DNA from: an uncultured Actinomycetota bacterium | Lineage (GTDB): Bacteria > Actinomycetota > Thermoleophilia > Gaiellales > Gaiellaceae | Length of the DNA stretch: 64,000 bases | Assembly: GCA_963828105.1 (NCBI GenBank) | Contig: CAWHDF010000020.1 | Coordinates: 17,392-81,391, forward strand | Reading direction: 5' to 3' | Shown here: piece after piece, positions 8,966 to 18,213 of the stretch | Numbering within the stretch: the first letter of the stretch is position 1 | Layout of the letters: every line of letters begins with the position of its first letter | Position numbers and translations under genes: made by a program | Notes under the pieces: generated by a model | Told to the model about the DNA's origin: nothing | The model's input: the letters and a program-made list of their open reading frames with translations, nothing else | Databases searched by the model: none

Positions 8966-9295
8966 ATGAAGGGAATTCCCGTACTCCAGCCGATCTGCTG
9001 CGTCAGTGATGTGCCGGTCATGCAGCCCAACGCGGCAGCCGATCTCGCCGCCACCTTCAAGGCTCTCGCCGACCCGACGCGTGTCGCGATCGTCAACCGG
9101 CTCTCGACGGCGGACTCCGTGTGTGTCTGTGACCTGACGGCGGCCTTCGAGCTGTCGCAGCCGACGATCTCGCACCATCTACGGATCCTGCGCGAGGCCG
9201 GGATCGTCGCGGCGGAGCGCCGCGGGACTTGGGCGTACTACAGGCTCGAACCGTCCGCGATCACCGCGCTACGGTCGGTGTTCGGCGGCGAATGA
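8966..9295 (+). CDS. ArsR/SmtB-family metal(loid)-responsive transcriptional repressor
   Basis: ALADPTRVAIVNRL, a CVCDL (alpha3 Cys pair) motif, and the wHTH segment LSQPTISHHLRILREAGIV. Confidence 0.9.
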   Translation: MKGIPVLQPICCVSDVPVMQPNAAADLAATFKALADPTRVAIVNRLSTADSVCVCDLTAAFELSQPTISHHLRILREAGIVAAERRGTWAYYRLEPSAITALRSVFGGE

Positions 9296-9417
9296 GCGAG
9301 ACGCCGCAGGTTCAGCTCGTCCGGGATGCGTCCAGCGAGGACCTCGCCGCCGTCCGCCCGCTCACTGACGCACTCAATCAGCGCCGGCAGACGCTCCTCG
9401 CCGAACTGCTTTGCTGA
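9292..9417 (+). CDS. 41-aa ORF coupled at both ends; resembles the N-terminus of a GNAT (possible relic or small protein)
   Basis: The ATG overlaps the ArsR stop (ATGA at 9292-9295). Its TGA overlaps the next ATG (TGATG at 9415-9419). The sequence MSETPQVQLVRDASSEDLAAVRPL looks like GNAT beta1-alpha1. Confidence 0.35.
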   Translation: MSETPQVQLVRDASSEDLAAVRPLTDALNQRRQTLLAELLC

Positions 9418-9920
9418 TGCGCCCGGGCGCGCAAATCCTGATCGCCCCGCTCGAGTCGCGGCACTGGGATGCGGTCGCCCGCATCTATTGCGAAGGGCTC
9501 GCCACCGGTAACGCAGCTTTCGAGACTCGTGCTCCGAGCTGGGAGGACTGGGACCGAGGCTACGCCCAGGAGCTTCGTTTCGTTGCCCTTCGCGACGACG
9601 AGGTAGTCGGTTGGGCCGCGCTCGCTCCCGTCTCCGACCGCTGCACCTACGGCGGCGTCGCCGAGTGCTCGGTGTACGTCGCACAGGCCGCACGGGGTCA
9701 GGGCGTTGGGCGCAGCCTGCTCGCCGAACTCATCGTCGCATCCGAGAGTGCCGGGATCTGGACGATCCAAGCCGGCGTCTTTCCCGAGAACCAGGCGAGC
9801 CTGCGCCTGCATGCCGGCGCCGGCTTCCGTGTCATCGGTACGCGAGAGCGGCTCGGCAAGCGCGACGATGTCTGGCGTGACGTCGTCTTCCTCGAGCGCC
9901 GAAGTCCGAACGTCGGCTGA
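9417..9920 (+). CDS. GNAT N-acetyltransferase of the phosphinothricin acetyltransferase (PAT / ArsN1-like) type
   Basis: ARIYCEGLATGNAAFETRAPSWEDW and QAARGQGVGRSLL motifs, with a PAT-like length (about 167 aa). It lies downstream of the ArsR gene in the same operon. Confidence 0.8.
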   Translation: MRPGAQILIAPLESRHWDAVARIYCEGLATGNAAFETRAPSWEDWDRGYAQELRFVALRDDEVVGWAALAPVSDRCTYGGVAECSVYVAQAARGQGVGRSLLAELIVASESAGIWTIQAGVFPENQASLRLHAGAGFRVIGTRERLGKRDDVWRDVVFLERRSPNVG

Positions 9921-10142
9921 GCGGTGGCGGCACGTCCGCTCCCCGCGATCGCTCGCCGCGCAGGCGGTCGGCACGTTCGCGTCTCATCCGCGCACGAGCG
10001 GAACATCATCGTCAACGCGACGACGTCCCGAGCCTTGGCTTCCGGCGCCGAAGTCGGTGATCACGGCAGGGCGGGAGCTACACGCGGCACCGCGAACGGC
10101 CGGAGGCCCCTCGAGGGCATCCGGCCGTTCGTTGAGCGGGCG

Positions 10143-10835
10143 TCAGCTGAAGCTGTGGTTGACGAGCGTCGCGAGCCGGGTTGTCAGGTTCGCGAGCAAC
10201 GTCTGCTCACGCTGCGACGTGAGCTTGCCCGCGCTCACCGCCTTGTCGAGCTGTGTTTGTACAGCGCTCTCGACCGCCTGCTCAAGACCGGCAGTGCTCT
10301 TTCCGTTCGTCGCCGCAATCTCCGCCAGGGTTTGGCCCGAACGGAGATCGGAGCGCAGCTGCTGGGCCGTCACGCCGAGGTATCCGGCGCTAAGGCGGAC
10401 GACGGCAACCCGTAGACGGGCCGCAAGCCGCAGCCGCGCCACGGGGTGGGTGACGTTGACGAGCGCATCGAGGCGTGCGCTCAGGCGGGCAAGCCGCGTC
10501 TGTTCGGCCGCGCTGCTCAGCTTGCCTGCTGCGACGGCGTTGTCGAGTCGCGTCTGTGCGGCGCTCAGCACTGCCTGCTCGAGGCTGCTCGCTGTCTGGC
10601 CGTTCGCGCTCGCGATCTGAGCGAGCGTTTCGCCACTTCCGAGGTCGCTCCGAAGCTGCTGCGCGCTGATCCCGAGCTCCGCCGTGAGCGCGCTCACGAT
10701 CGCCCCGCCGGGCGTGCCTGCCGCGCTCTGCGACGAGGTCGCGGCGTAGGCAGCGCTGCTGCCCGCGGCCAGCGCGAGCGCCACGACCCCGAGCACGAGC
10801 CCGCGCGAGGAGCGGAGAAGTGATGGCATACGCAT
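10143..10835 (-). CDS. Secreted protein built from two ~95-aa tandem repeats (unknown function), last gene of an RR-HK operon
   Basis: GAGGTGAGGAAG RBS before ATG 10835. Signal peptide MRMPSLLRSSRGLVLGVVALALAAGSSAAYA. Repeat pattern LGxxAQQLRSDLxSGxTLAxIAxxNGxxxxxLEQAVxSAxQTxLDxAVxAGKL appears twice. Confidence 0.7.
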   Translation of the reverse strand: MRMPSLLRSSRGLVLGVVALALAAGSSAAYAATSSQSAAGTPGGAIVSALTAELGISAQQLRSDLGSGETLAQIASANGQTASSLEQAVLSAAQTRLDNAVAAGKLSSAAEQTRLARLSARLDALVNVTHPVARLRLAARLRVAVVRLSAGYLGVTAQQLRSDLRSGQTLAEIAATNGKSTAGLEQAVESAVQTQLDKAVSAGKLTSQREQTLLANLTTRLATLVNHSFS

Positions 10836-10962
10836 CTTCCTCACCTCTTTCCGATTGTTTGCACGTTGCATGAGGTCCTGTATAGCGCGCGGGCGTGGAG
10901 CGGTGGTGGAGGAGCTATGGAGGTCGTGTGAAGCCACCGCAGGGAGACGGCCAGCCACCGGC

Positions 10963-12300
10963 CTAGGCGCGTGGAAGTGTGACGGAGAAGCGGGCGCCTC
11001 CGCCGGCTCGCTGCGCTGCCTCGATGTGTCCGCCGTGGGCGCGCACGAGCTCGGCGGCGACGGCGAGGCCGACGCCACTGCCCGGGGTGTCTCGAGCCGA
11101 GCGGCCGCGCCAGAAGCGCTCGAACACGTGGGGGGCCTCGTCTTCGGCGAGCCCGGGGCCATTGTCCTCGACGACGAGCTGGGCCTCTCCGCCGACAGGG
11201 GCGACCGAGATCGTGACGGTGCCGCCGCGGGGCGTGAACTTGAGTGCGTTGCCGAGGAGGTTGCGAGCGATCTGCCCGAGCCGAGCAGGATCGGCGTCGA
11301 CGTTGACGGGTTCGAAGTGCGTGGCGAGCTCGAGCCCGGCGGCGAGCGCCTGCGGCTCGATCTGCGTGACGGCCTCGCGTGCCAGCTCCGATAGGTCGAC
11401 GCGCTCGCGGCGAAGCCTGAACCGCGCCCCTTCCGCGGCGGCGAGGGTCTCGACGTCCTCGACGATTCGCGCCAGCCGGAGCGTCTCTTCGTGCAGCGAG
11501 CGAAGCCGTTGCGGCGTTGGCTCCTGGACGCCGTCGACAAGCGCTTCGAGCTCGGCCTGAGCGATCGCGAGCGGAGTACGAAGCTCGTGTGCGACGTCGG
11601 TCGCGAAGGCGCGCCGTAGCGCGTCCTCATGTTCGATCGTCTGCGCCATCGCGTCGAACGCACGGCCGAGCTCACCGAGCTCAGCCGGTTCCGACCCGCC
11701 GCCCGCGCGGGCGGCGCGATCGCCGGCCGCGAGCGAGCGGGCGGCCGTGGTCAGCCGGCGCAGCGGTCGCGTGATCCGACGCGCAAAGACCGTGCCGAGC
11801 ACTGCTGCGAGCACGGCGGCCAGCGCGCCGCCGATGAGCAATGTCCGTTCGACCGCACGGCGCAGTCTGCGCTCTGCAAGAGGCGTGTTCCGCGGGAAGC
11901 GAAGCCTCGCGGTTCCGACCCGGCTCCCGCCTGAGCGAATCGCCACCATCGTCGCGGAGGCGAGTGCCACCCCGGCCAGCCGCGCGGCGCGCACGTGCTC
12001 GAGGGCCGCGTCGGAGGCGCCGTCACCCCGAACCGACGTGCCGGTCGGGCCGACCACGACGAGCGTCGCGCCGCTTCGAGCAGCCAGTAGCTCGGCGGGG
12101 TAGAGATCGGCCCGCCCCCAGGATCCGGCCGAGGTGTATTCGGCGCCGAGCACCGCCGCGACGTCCTGGGTCGTGGCCGCCTGCCGCGCCGCGGCAAGGC
12201 GCGAGAGCTGGCGGCCGGTCGTACGCCAGGTCAGGCCGCCGAGGAGAACGACCGCGAGCAGGACGACGGCGGCGAATGCCGCCGCAAGCCGGCTAGCCAT
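10963..12300 (-). CDS. Sensor histidine kinase (HAMP-HisKA-HATPase_c)
   Basis: Two TMs, H-box AHELRTPLAIA, G-box GSGVGLAVA. Overlaps the upstream response-regulator stop. Confidence 0.9.
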   Translation of the reverse strand: MASRLAAAFAAVVLLAVVLLGGLTWRTTGRQLSRLAAARQAATTQDVAAVLGAEYTSAGSWGRADLYPAELLAARSGATLVVVGPTGTSVRGDGASDAALEHVRAARLAGVALASATMVAIRSGGSRVGTARLRFPRNTPLAERRLRRAVERTLLIGGALAAVLAAVLGTVFARRITRPLRRLTTAARSLAAGDRAARAGGGSEPAELGELGRAFDAMAQTIEHEDALRRAFATDVAHELRTPLAIAQAELEALVDGVQEPTPQRLRSLHEETLRLARIVEDVETLAAAEGARFRLRRERVDLSELAREAVTQIEPQALAAGLELATHFEPVNVDADPARLGQIARNLLGNALKFTPRGGTVTISVAPVGGEAQLVVEDNGPGLAEDEAPHVFERFWRGRSARDTPGSGVGLAVAAELVRAHGGHIEAAQRAGGGARFSVTLPRA

Positions 12301-12988
12301 CGCGGCTCAGCCCGAGCCGGTAGCCGCCGCCGAGCACGGTCTCGACGATCAACGGGGCGTGGGGGTTGCGCTCGAGCTTTCGGCGTAGGTTCTTCACGTG
12401 CGAGTCGATTGTTCGCTCGTAGCCGTCGAACTCGTACCCGCGCGCCTGCTGGACGAGCTCGAAACGCGAAAAGACCCTTCCCGGCGTGCCCGAGAGCGCA
12501 ACGAGGATGCCCCATTCGGTTGGTGTCAACGCGACCGGCGCGCCGCGCACGGCGACCTCCCGCCGTTGCTCGTCGAGTGTCAGCTCGCCCTGGCCAAAGG
12601 ACTGCGGGCCGAGCGAATCGGGGCTGCGTCCGCGGCGGACGATCGCCTGCGCGCGCAGCACGAGCTCGCGGGGACTGAAGGGTTTCGAGACGTAGTCGTC
12701 CGCGCCGAGCTCGAGCCCGTGCACACGATCCTCCTCGCCGACACGGGCCGTAAGCACGAGCACCGGCACGTCGGATGCCGCGCGCACCGCGCGCAGCACC
12801 TCGTCGCCGGGCACGTCGGGCAAGCCCAGATCGAGCACCACGAGGTCCAGAGGTCGCGAGCGCGCTACCTCGATCGCCTCTGCTCCCGAGGCGGTCGTGA
12901 AGACCGAAAAGCCCGCGCGCTCGAGATAGTCGCGCAGGAGCTCGCGCAGCTTCCGCTCATCCTCGACCACGAGCACGGTCCGGGCCAC
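12293..12988 (-). CDS. OmpR/PhoB-family response regulator
   Basis: Receiver domain (VLVVEDE...DLVVLDLGLPD) plus a winged-helix trans_reg_C domain (VKNLRRKLE...TVLGGGYRL). Confidence 0.93.
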   Translation of the reverse strand: MARTVLVVEDERKLRELLRDYLERAGFSVFTTASGAEAIEVARSRPLDLVVLDLGLPDVPGDEVLRAVRAASDVPVLVLTARVGEEDRVHGLELGADDYVSKPFSPRELVLRAQAIVRRGRSPDSLGPQSFGQGELTLDEQRREVAVRGAPVALTPTEWGILVALSGTPGRVFSRFELVQQARGYEFDGYERTIDSHVKNLRRKLERNPHAPLIVETVLGGGYRLGLSRDG

Positions 12989-13054
12989 CGACGCGACGCT
13001 ACCACTCGTCCCGCCCGCTCAACGGCCGGCGGTGCCCGGCGGGGCAGTGGTGGC

Positions 13055-14311
13055 CTAGACGACGTCCGGCGGGAAGCGGACCTCGATCCGGAGACCGCCC
13101 TCCGCCCGCGTCTCGGTGCTCAACGCCGCGTCGTGGGCGACCGCGATTGCCTGCACGATCGAGAGTCCGAGGCCGAGGCCGCGCGTTTCATCCGCGCGCG
13201 TGTTCTCGAGCCGTTCGAAGGGGAGATAGAGGCGGTCGAGCTCCTCCTCTGGAATCAGCGGGCCAGTGTTGGTGATGCGCAGGAACGGGTGTCCGGCATC
13301 CGTGCCGGTGCTGAGTTCGATGCTGCCGCCGGGCACGTTGTAGCGGATCGCGTTCTCGAGCAGGTTCGCGACGAGCCGCTCGAGGAGCCGCGGGTCCCCG
13401 CGCGTCCACGCGGGCGCGAGCTCGTTCGTCAGCGTCAGCTCCGTCGGGGCGACGAGCCGTAACGCCGAAACGGTCGTTGCGGCGAGATCGATCCGCTCCT
13501 GCTGGTCGAGGCCGCGTTGGCTACGAGAGAGCGTGAGCAGCGCTTCGATCAGCCGCTCCTGATGCTCACTCGCACCCAGGACCTGCTCGCAGGTTCGCCG
13601 GAGCGAGTCGATCGACGGGTCCGGATCAGCGAGAGCAACCTCGACGAGCGTGCGTTCGAGGGTCAGCGGTGTGCGGAGCTCGTGTGAGGCGTTGGCGACG
13701 AACTGGCGTTGGGCTTCGAACGAGGTCTCGAGCCGTGCGAGCAGCGCATCGAAGGTGTTTCCCAGCTGCTTGAGCTCGTCGTCGGGGCCGCCGAGCGCAA
13801 GCCTGCGGTGCAAGTTGCTCGCCGAGATGTTCCTGGCGGCGTTCGTGATCGTGCGGAGCGGTTGCAGCGCCCGCCCGGCGACCACCCAGCCGAGCCAGAT
13901 CGAGAGCAGTGCCATGATCGCGAGCGCGAACCCGGAGTTGATCAACAGCCCGTGGAGCGCGGCCGTCGACTGCTGCTTCGCCGCGGCGATGATCTGGCCC
14001 GGCGTCGGGACGCTCGGCGGTTTGCTGCTGCTCAGCGCGGGGCCAGTGCCGTGGACGGAGATTGAGACGCCGTTGCCCGAACGGGCGACGATGGCATTGC
14101 CGCTGATCTCGGCGCCGCCGACACGCCCACTCGTGACGAAGAAACTCGCGTTATTCGCCGTGTACTGGGCACGTACCAGCAGATAGGTGACGGTGAGAAG
14201 CGCGGCGCCGGCGAGCAGGAAAAGCGCCCCGAAAAGCACCGTGAGCCGCAGCCGGATCGTGTGGCGCGGGAGCCGGAGCCGCGCACGTGGCGCGCCGCTC
14301 GCGGTCGTCAC
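13055..14311 (-). CDS. Sensor histidine kinase (HAMP-HisKA-HATPase_c)
   Basis: H-box SHELRTPLT, N-box LLENAIRYN, G-box GLGLGLSIV. 4-nt overlap with the upstream response regulator. Confidence 0.9.
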   Translation of the reverse strand: MTTASGAPRARLRLPRHTIRLRLTVLFGALFLLAGAALLTVTYLLVRAQYTANNASFFVTSGRVGGAEISGNAIVARSGNGVSISVHGTGPALSSSKPPSVPTPGQIIAAAKQQSTAALHGLLINSGFALAIMALLSIWLGWVVAGRALQPLRTITNAARNISASNLHRRLALGGPDDELKQLGNTFDALLARLETSFEAQRQFVANASHELRTPLTLERTLVEVALADPDPSIDSLRRTCEQVLGASEHQERLIEALLTLSRSQRGLDQQERIDLAATTVSALRLVAPTELTLTNELAPAWTRGDPRLLERLVANLLENAIRYNVPGGSIELSTGTDAGHPFLRITNTGPLIPEEELDRLYLPFERLENTRADETRGLGLGLSIVQAIAVAHDAALSTETRAEGGLRIEVRFPPDVV

Positions 14312-14964
14312 CGGGAGATGCGGTAACCGGCCGCGACGGTCTCGATGACGGGCGGATCGCCGAGCTTGCGCCGCAAGCGGCTGATCGTGACCTTGACGAC
14401 GTTGCTGAACGAGTCGACGTACTCGTCCCAGCCGCGATCGCGCAGGTCATCCGCCGAGAGCGGGGCGCCGTCTGCGGCCAGGAGCAGCTCGAGCACGGCA
14501 AGCTCCTTCGCACTCAGCTCGAGCCGACGGCCCGCTCGCGTCGCGACCCGCTGGCTCGTGTCGAGCCGGATATCGCCAACGGCGAGAATCGGCGGGTGCG
14601 CCGGCTGACTACGGCGAGCAAGAGCGCGGATGCGCGCAACGAGCTCCGCGAACGCAAACGGCTTGGGCAGGTAGTCGTCGGCGCCGAGGCTGAGACCATC
14701 TACACGGCTCTCGATCGTGTCCGCGGCGGTGAGCATCAGGATCCGGGCACACGAGCCGCGGGCGACGAGCTCCCTGCAGACATCGTCGCCGTGGAGCTTC
14801 GGCAGATCGCGGTCGAGCACGATCACGTCGTAGACGCTGCGGCCGGCGTGGTCGAGCGCGGCGAGCCCGTCCTGTGCGATGTCGACGGCCATGCCCTCAC
14901 GGCGCAGGCCGACGGCGATCGTTGCCGCGAGCTCTCTGTGGTCTTCGACGACGAGCACGCGCAT
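14308..14964 (-). CDS. OmpR/PhoB-family response regulator
   Basis: MRVLVVEDH start preceded by GGAG. Receiver plus winged-helix domains (VKVTISRLRRKLG...VAAGYRI). Confidence 0.92.
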   Translation of the reverse strand: MRVLVVEDHRELAATIAVGLRREGMAVDIAQDGLAALDHAGRSVYDVIVLDRDLPKLHGDDVCRELVARGSCARILMLTAADTIESRVDGLSLGADDYLPKPFAFAELVARIRALARRSQPAHPPILAVGDIRLDTSQRVATRAGRRLELSAKELAVLELLLAADGAPLSADDLRDRGWDEYVDSFSNVVKVTISRLRRKLGDPPVIETVAAGYRISR

Positions 14965-15040
14965 CGTGGACTCCGAGCCGAGATTGCCGGTCAGCGGAAG
15001 CGACCGTCGGCCCCCAAGCATGCCGGAACCCCCCTAACAT

Positions 15041-15077
15041 CGCGGTTACAGCTTCTGTTACCGGTATGTAACCGCGC
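15041..15077. promoter_or_regulatory. 9-bp perfect inverted repeat with internal GTTAC direct repeats in the divergent RR/lipoprotein intergenic region
   Basis: CGCGGTTAC-N18-GTAACCGCG. GTTACA and GTTACC lie 12 bp apart inside it. CTGTTACC resembles CTGTTTACC upstream of the paralogous lipoprotein gene (about 1217-1224). Confidence 0.35.
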
Positions 15078-15130
15078 ACCCGCTACCACTTCGGTGCATG
15101 ACAAGCCTCGCACGGCAACGAAGGAGTGAG

Positions 15131-15874
15131 ATGGGAACAGACGCGAACGAATTGTCGGGGGCGCGCGGTCGTCGGCGTTGGCGATGGACGCGCACGATGC
15201 CACTACTCGCCCTCACGGTCGGGTCGCTCGCAGTGCTGACGGCGGGTTGTGGCGGCGGTGGCGGTGCGAACCCCTCGGTCGCGAACCTCGGGACGACGAC
15301 CTCGACTGCGAGCTCGACCCCGGCCGGCGCCGCGGGCGTCGGCCCGGTGGCCTCGAGCAGCGCAGCGGCAGGAGCCCCGAGCGGTGGCCAATTCACGATG
15401 GCAGGCGGTAGCGTCGCCTCGATGATGAAGTTCGCCTCGTGCATGCGCAGCCACGGCGTCTCCAACTTCCCCGACCCCAACAGCCAGGGTGCGATCTCGA
15501 TCTCGTCGAGCAGCGGCATCGATCCGAACTCAGCGCAGTACACGAAGGCACAGCAAAGCTGTCAGACGCTGATGCCGGGTGGCGGTGCCCCGAGCCCCGC
15601 CGTCCAGCACAAGATGCAGATGCAGGCGCTTGCCTATTCGGCCTGCATGCGGGCACATGGGCTGCCGGGCTTCCCCGACCCGTCCTTCTCCGGAGGCGCG
15701 ATCTCACTCAGGATCTCGAGGAGCGGCACTGGCGGGATCGATCCGAACTCGCCTCAGTTCCAGTCCGCGCAGGAGGCCTGTCAAGGCAAGCTCCCGGGCA
15801 AGCCGCTTGGCGCCGTGCGGGCCGCAGGCACCTCGGTCAAGACGGTAGGCGGTGCGAGCAATGGCGGCGGCTGA
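15131..15874 (+). CDS. Secreted lipoprotein with duplicated C-M-R-x-H-G...F-P-D-P motif (paralog of 1262..1888)
   Basis: AAGGAG RBS before ATG 15131. Lipobox LAVLTAGCGGGG. Motifs FASCMRSHGVSNFPDPNSQG and YSACMRAHGLPGFPDPSFSG. Confidence 0.75.
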   Translation: MGTDANELSGARGRRRWRWTRTMPLLALTVGSLAVLTAGCGGGGGANPSVANLGTTTSTASSTPAGAAGVGPVASSSAAAGAPSGGQFTMAGGSVASMMKFASCMRSHGVSNFPDPNSQGAISISSSSGIDPNSAQYTKAQQSCQTLMPGGGAPSPAVQHKMQMQALAYSACMRAHGLPGFPDPSFSGGAISLRISRSGTGGIDPNSPQFQSAQEACQGKLPGKPLGAVRAAGTSVKTVGGASNGGG

Positions 15875-15916
15875 TGCCGCCCCTGCCGAGCGAGACGACC
15901 TCGGCCACGCCTGGCG

Positions 15917-17461
15917 GTGTCGCCCGCGGTGACGATGGCGCCTGACGACGCTCTCGCCGCAGCAGCTCCCGAGGCGCGCCTCGCGCGACGGCCCTCACGC
16001 CGGGCGCTTGTCGGCCTGGTCGTCGTCGCCGCGGCGGTCGCAGGCGTCATCGTTGTGCTCGCGACCGGCCTCTTCGGCGGTGGGGGCGCTCCCGGCGCCG
16101 GCATCGACAACTCGTTCCCGACCGGGGTCGCGCGGGTACTGCGTCAGTCGCTGTCGTCGCAGACGCTCGTTAGCGGGACGCTGACCTATGCCGGCTCGGC
16201 GACCGTCGTCGCGGGAGCCGGGACGGCACCGTCGGCCGTTCTGCAGGCCCAGCAGACGGTCACGTCGGACCAAGGGATGCTGCAGGCGGCGAATGCGACC
16301 CTGGCCGCCGACACGGGGACACTCGCACAGCTGCGGGCTGGGCTGGCGGCGGCGCGCGAGAAGCAGGCGATCGACTGTGCGGGCGCCGACGCGGCGGAGA
16401 CCGCCGCAAGCGGCTCGGCTGCCGGCGGATCGAGTGCGGGCGCGTGCGCAAGCGACGCCCAGACAGTCACGAGCGACGAGCAGAGCCTCGCCGAGGACGT
16501 GAGCAAGGTCGGCAGCGACCAGACCCAGGTCGCCAACTCCGACAGCGCACTCGCCGGGGCAGAGACGAGCCTCTCAGCGGCCGAATCCTCCGCGGCGGTC
16601 TACGGTCAGAGCTCGACGTATACCGCTCTGCCGGCGCTCGGGCAGATCGTTCGGCGTGGGCAAAGCCTCTACTCGGTCAGCGGTGCGCCGGTGCTGCTGC
16701 TGTACGGGACCGTTGCGCCCTGGCGGGCATTCGTGGCCGGAATGACCCCCGGCGCCGATGTCGCGGAACTCAACGCGAACCTCGATGCGCTCGGGTTCGG
16801 CAAGGGCCTCGCGGGCGACACGTTTACCGCCGCGACGGCCGCGGCGGTCGAGGCGCTCCAGTCACGCCGCGGCCTGAGCCCGACCGGTCAGCTGCTCGTC
16901 GGGTCGGTTGTCTTCGAGCCGGGAGCGGTGAGGGTGACGGGTGTGACGCCGACGCTCGGTGAGACCGTGGCGCCCGGCCCGATCTTGACCGTCACGCTCA
17001 CGACGCGGCAGGTGCAGATCGCGCTCGACGCCGCGCTGCAGTCGGACATCAAGGTCGGCGATCACGTCACGATCACGCTGCCGAACAACCAGACGACACC
17101 CGGACGCGTCTCCTACGTGGGTAGCGTCGCAACGGTGCCGTCGGGCTCCGGCGGCGGCTCGAGCACGCCGACGATTGCCGTCGACGTCACGCCGACAGAT
17201 CCCGCGGCGACCGGGACGCTCGACCAGGCACCCGTCAACGTGTCGATCACGACGGCGAGTGTCAGCAACGTGCTCGTCGTTCGCGTCGATGCGCTCCTCG
17301 CCCTGGCGAGTGGTGGTTACGCGCTCGAGGAGATCGGGGCCGGTGGGGTACACCATCTCGTCGCGGTCAACCTCGGCATCTTCGACGACGCCGATGGACT
17401 CGTCGAGATCAGCGGAAGCGGTGTCGCGGCTGGGCAGCGCGTCGTGGTGCCGAACCTGTGA
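15917..17461 (+). CDS. HlyD/MacA-type adaptor with PG-binding-like domain (paralog of 1895..3472)
   Basis: Collinear with copy 1, including [24 protein letters not shown] and the C-terminal [11 protein letters not shown]. Confidence 0.8.
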   Translation: MSPAVTMAPDDALAAAAPEARLARRPSRRALVGLVVVAAAVAGVIVVLATGLFGGGGAPGAGIDNSFPTGVARVLRQSLSSQTLVSGTLTYAGSATVVAGAGTAPSAVLQAQQTVTSDQGMLQAANATLAADTGTLAQLRAGLAAAREKQAIDCAGADAAETAASGSAAGGSSAGACASDAQTVTSDEQSLAEDVSKVGSDQTQVANSDSALAGAETSLSAAESSAAVYGQSSTYTALPALGQIVRRGQSLYSVSGAPVLLLYGTVAPWRAFVAGMTPGADVAELNANLDALGFGKGLAGDTFTAATAAAVEALQSRRGLSPTGQLLVGSVVFEPGAVRVTGVTPTLGETVAPGPILTVTLTTRQVQIALDAALQSDIKVGDHVTITLPNNQTTPGRVSYVGSVATVPSGSGGGSSTPTIAVDVTPTDPAATGTLDQAPVNVSITTASVSNVLVVRVDALLALASGGYALEEIGAGGVHHLVAVNLGIFDDADGLVEISGSGVAAGQRVVVPNL

Positions 17462-18213
17462 GCGCCCAGCCCGGTCTTGCGCCTCTCAGCGGGCCCACGA
17501 ACGGCTTCGACGGCCGCACGCCCGTGCTCGAACTGGTCGAGGTCACGAAGTCCTACCCGGCCGAGCCGCCCGTCACTGCGCTCGACGGAGTGAGCTTTAC
17601 CGTGCAGCAAGGCGAGCTGGTTGCCATCGTCGGCCCGTCCGGGTCCGGGAAGTCGACGTTGCTCCACCTGATGGGGACGCTCGACCGGCCGAGCTCGGGC
17701 GTCGTGCGGCTCACCGGCCTCAACGTCGCCGAGATGTCCGATCGCGAGCTTTCTGCGCTTCGTGCGGAACGGATCGGCTTCGTCTTTCAGCAGTTCTTCC
17801 TCGCCGAGCATGCGACGGTGCTCGAGAACGTCGCGGACGGGCTCCTCTATGCAGGGGTAGCGGCAGCCGAGCGCCGCTCACTCGCGGCCGAGGCGCTCGC
17901 GCGCGTTGGTCTCTCCCACCGGGCACGGTTCCGGCCGACCCAGCTCTCGGGAGGGGAGCGCCAGCGAGTCGCGATCGCACGGGCGCTCGTCGGTGCACCG
18001 GCGATCGTGCTCGCAGACGAGCCAACGGGGAACCTCGACAGTGTGAACGGCGCGGCGATCCTGGCGCTGCTCAAGACGCTCAACGCCGAGGGCGCGACGA
18101 TCGTCGTGATCACACACGACCGCGACCTCGCCGCGCGCCTGCCGCGCCAGGTCGAAATGCTCGACGGACGCATCGTGGTTGACAGTGCGGCAGCGGACCG
18201 GGGCGAGCGGTGA
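17458..18213 (+). CDS. ABC transporter ATP-binding protein, MacB/LolD-type (paralog of 3469..4233)
   Basis: [36 protein letters not shown]. Start and stop overlap the neighbouring genes. Confidence 0.93.
   Translation: MSAQPGLAPLSGPTNGFDGRTPVLELVEVTKSYPAEPPVTALDGVSFTVQQGELVAIVGPSGSGKSTLLHLMGTLDRPSSGVVRLTGLNVAEMSDRELSALRAERIGFVFQQFFLAEHATVLENVADGLLYAGVAAAERRSLAAEALARVGLSHRARFRPTQLSGGERQRVAIARALVGAPAIVLADEPTGNLDSVNGAAILALLKTLNAEGATIVVITHDRDLAARLPRQVEMLDGRIVVDSAAADRGER

Noticed and set aside
10836-11675. N-terminal 280 aa of the 510-aa ORF 10143..11675.
   Set aside because: This part overlaps the well-supported histidine kinase gene in another frame and is Ser/Arg/Pro-rich. A strong RBS, an ATG and a signal peptide at 10835 define the real, shorter gene.
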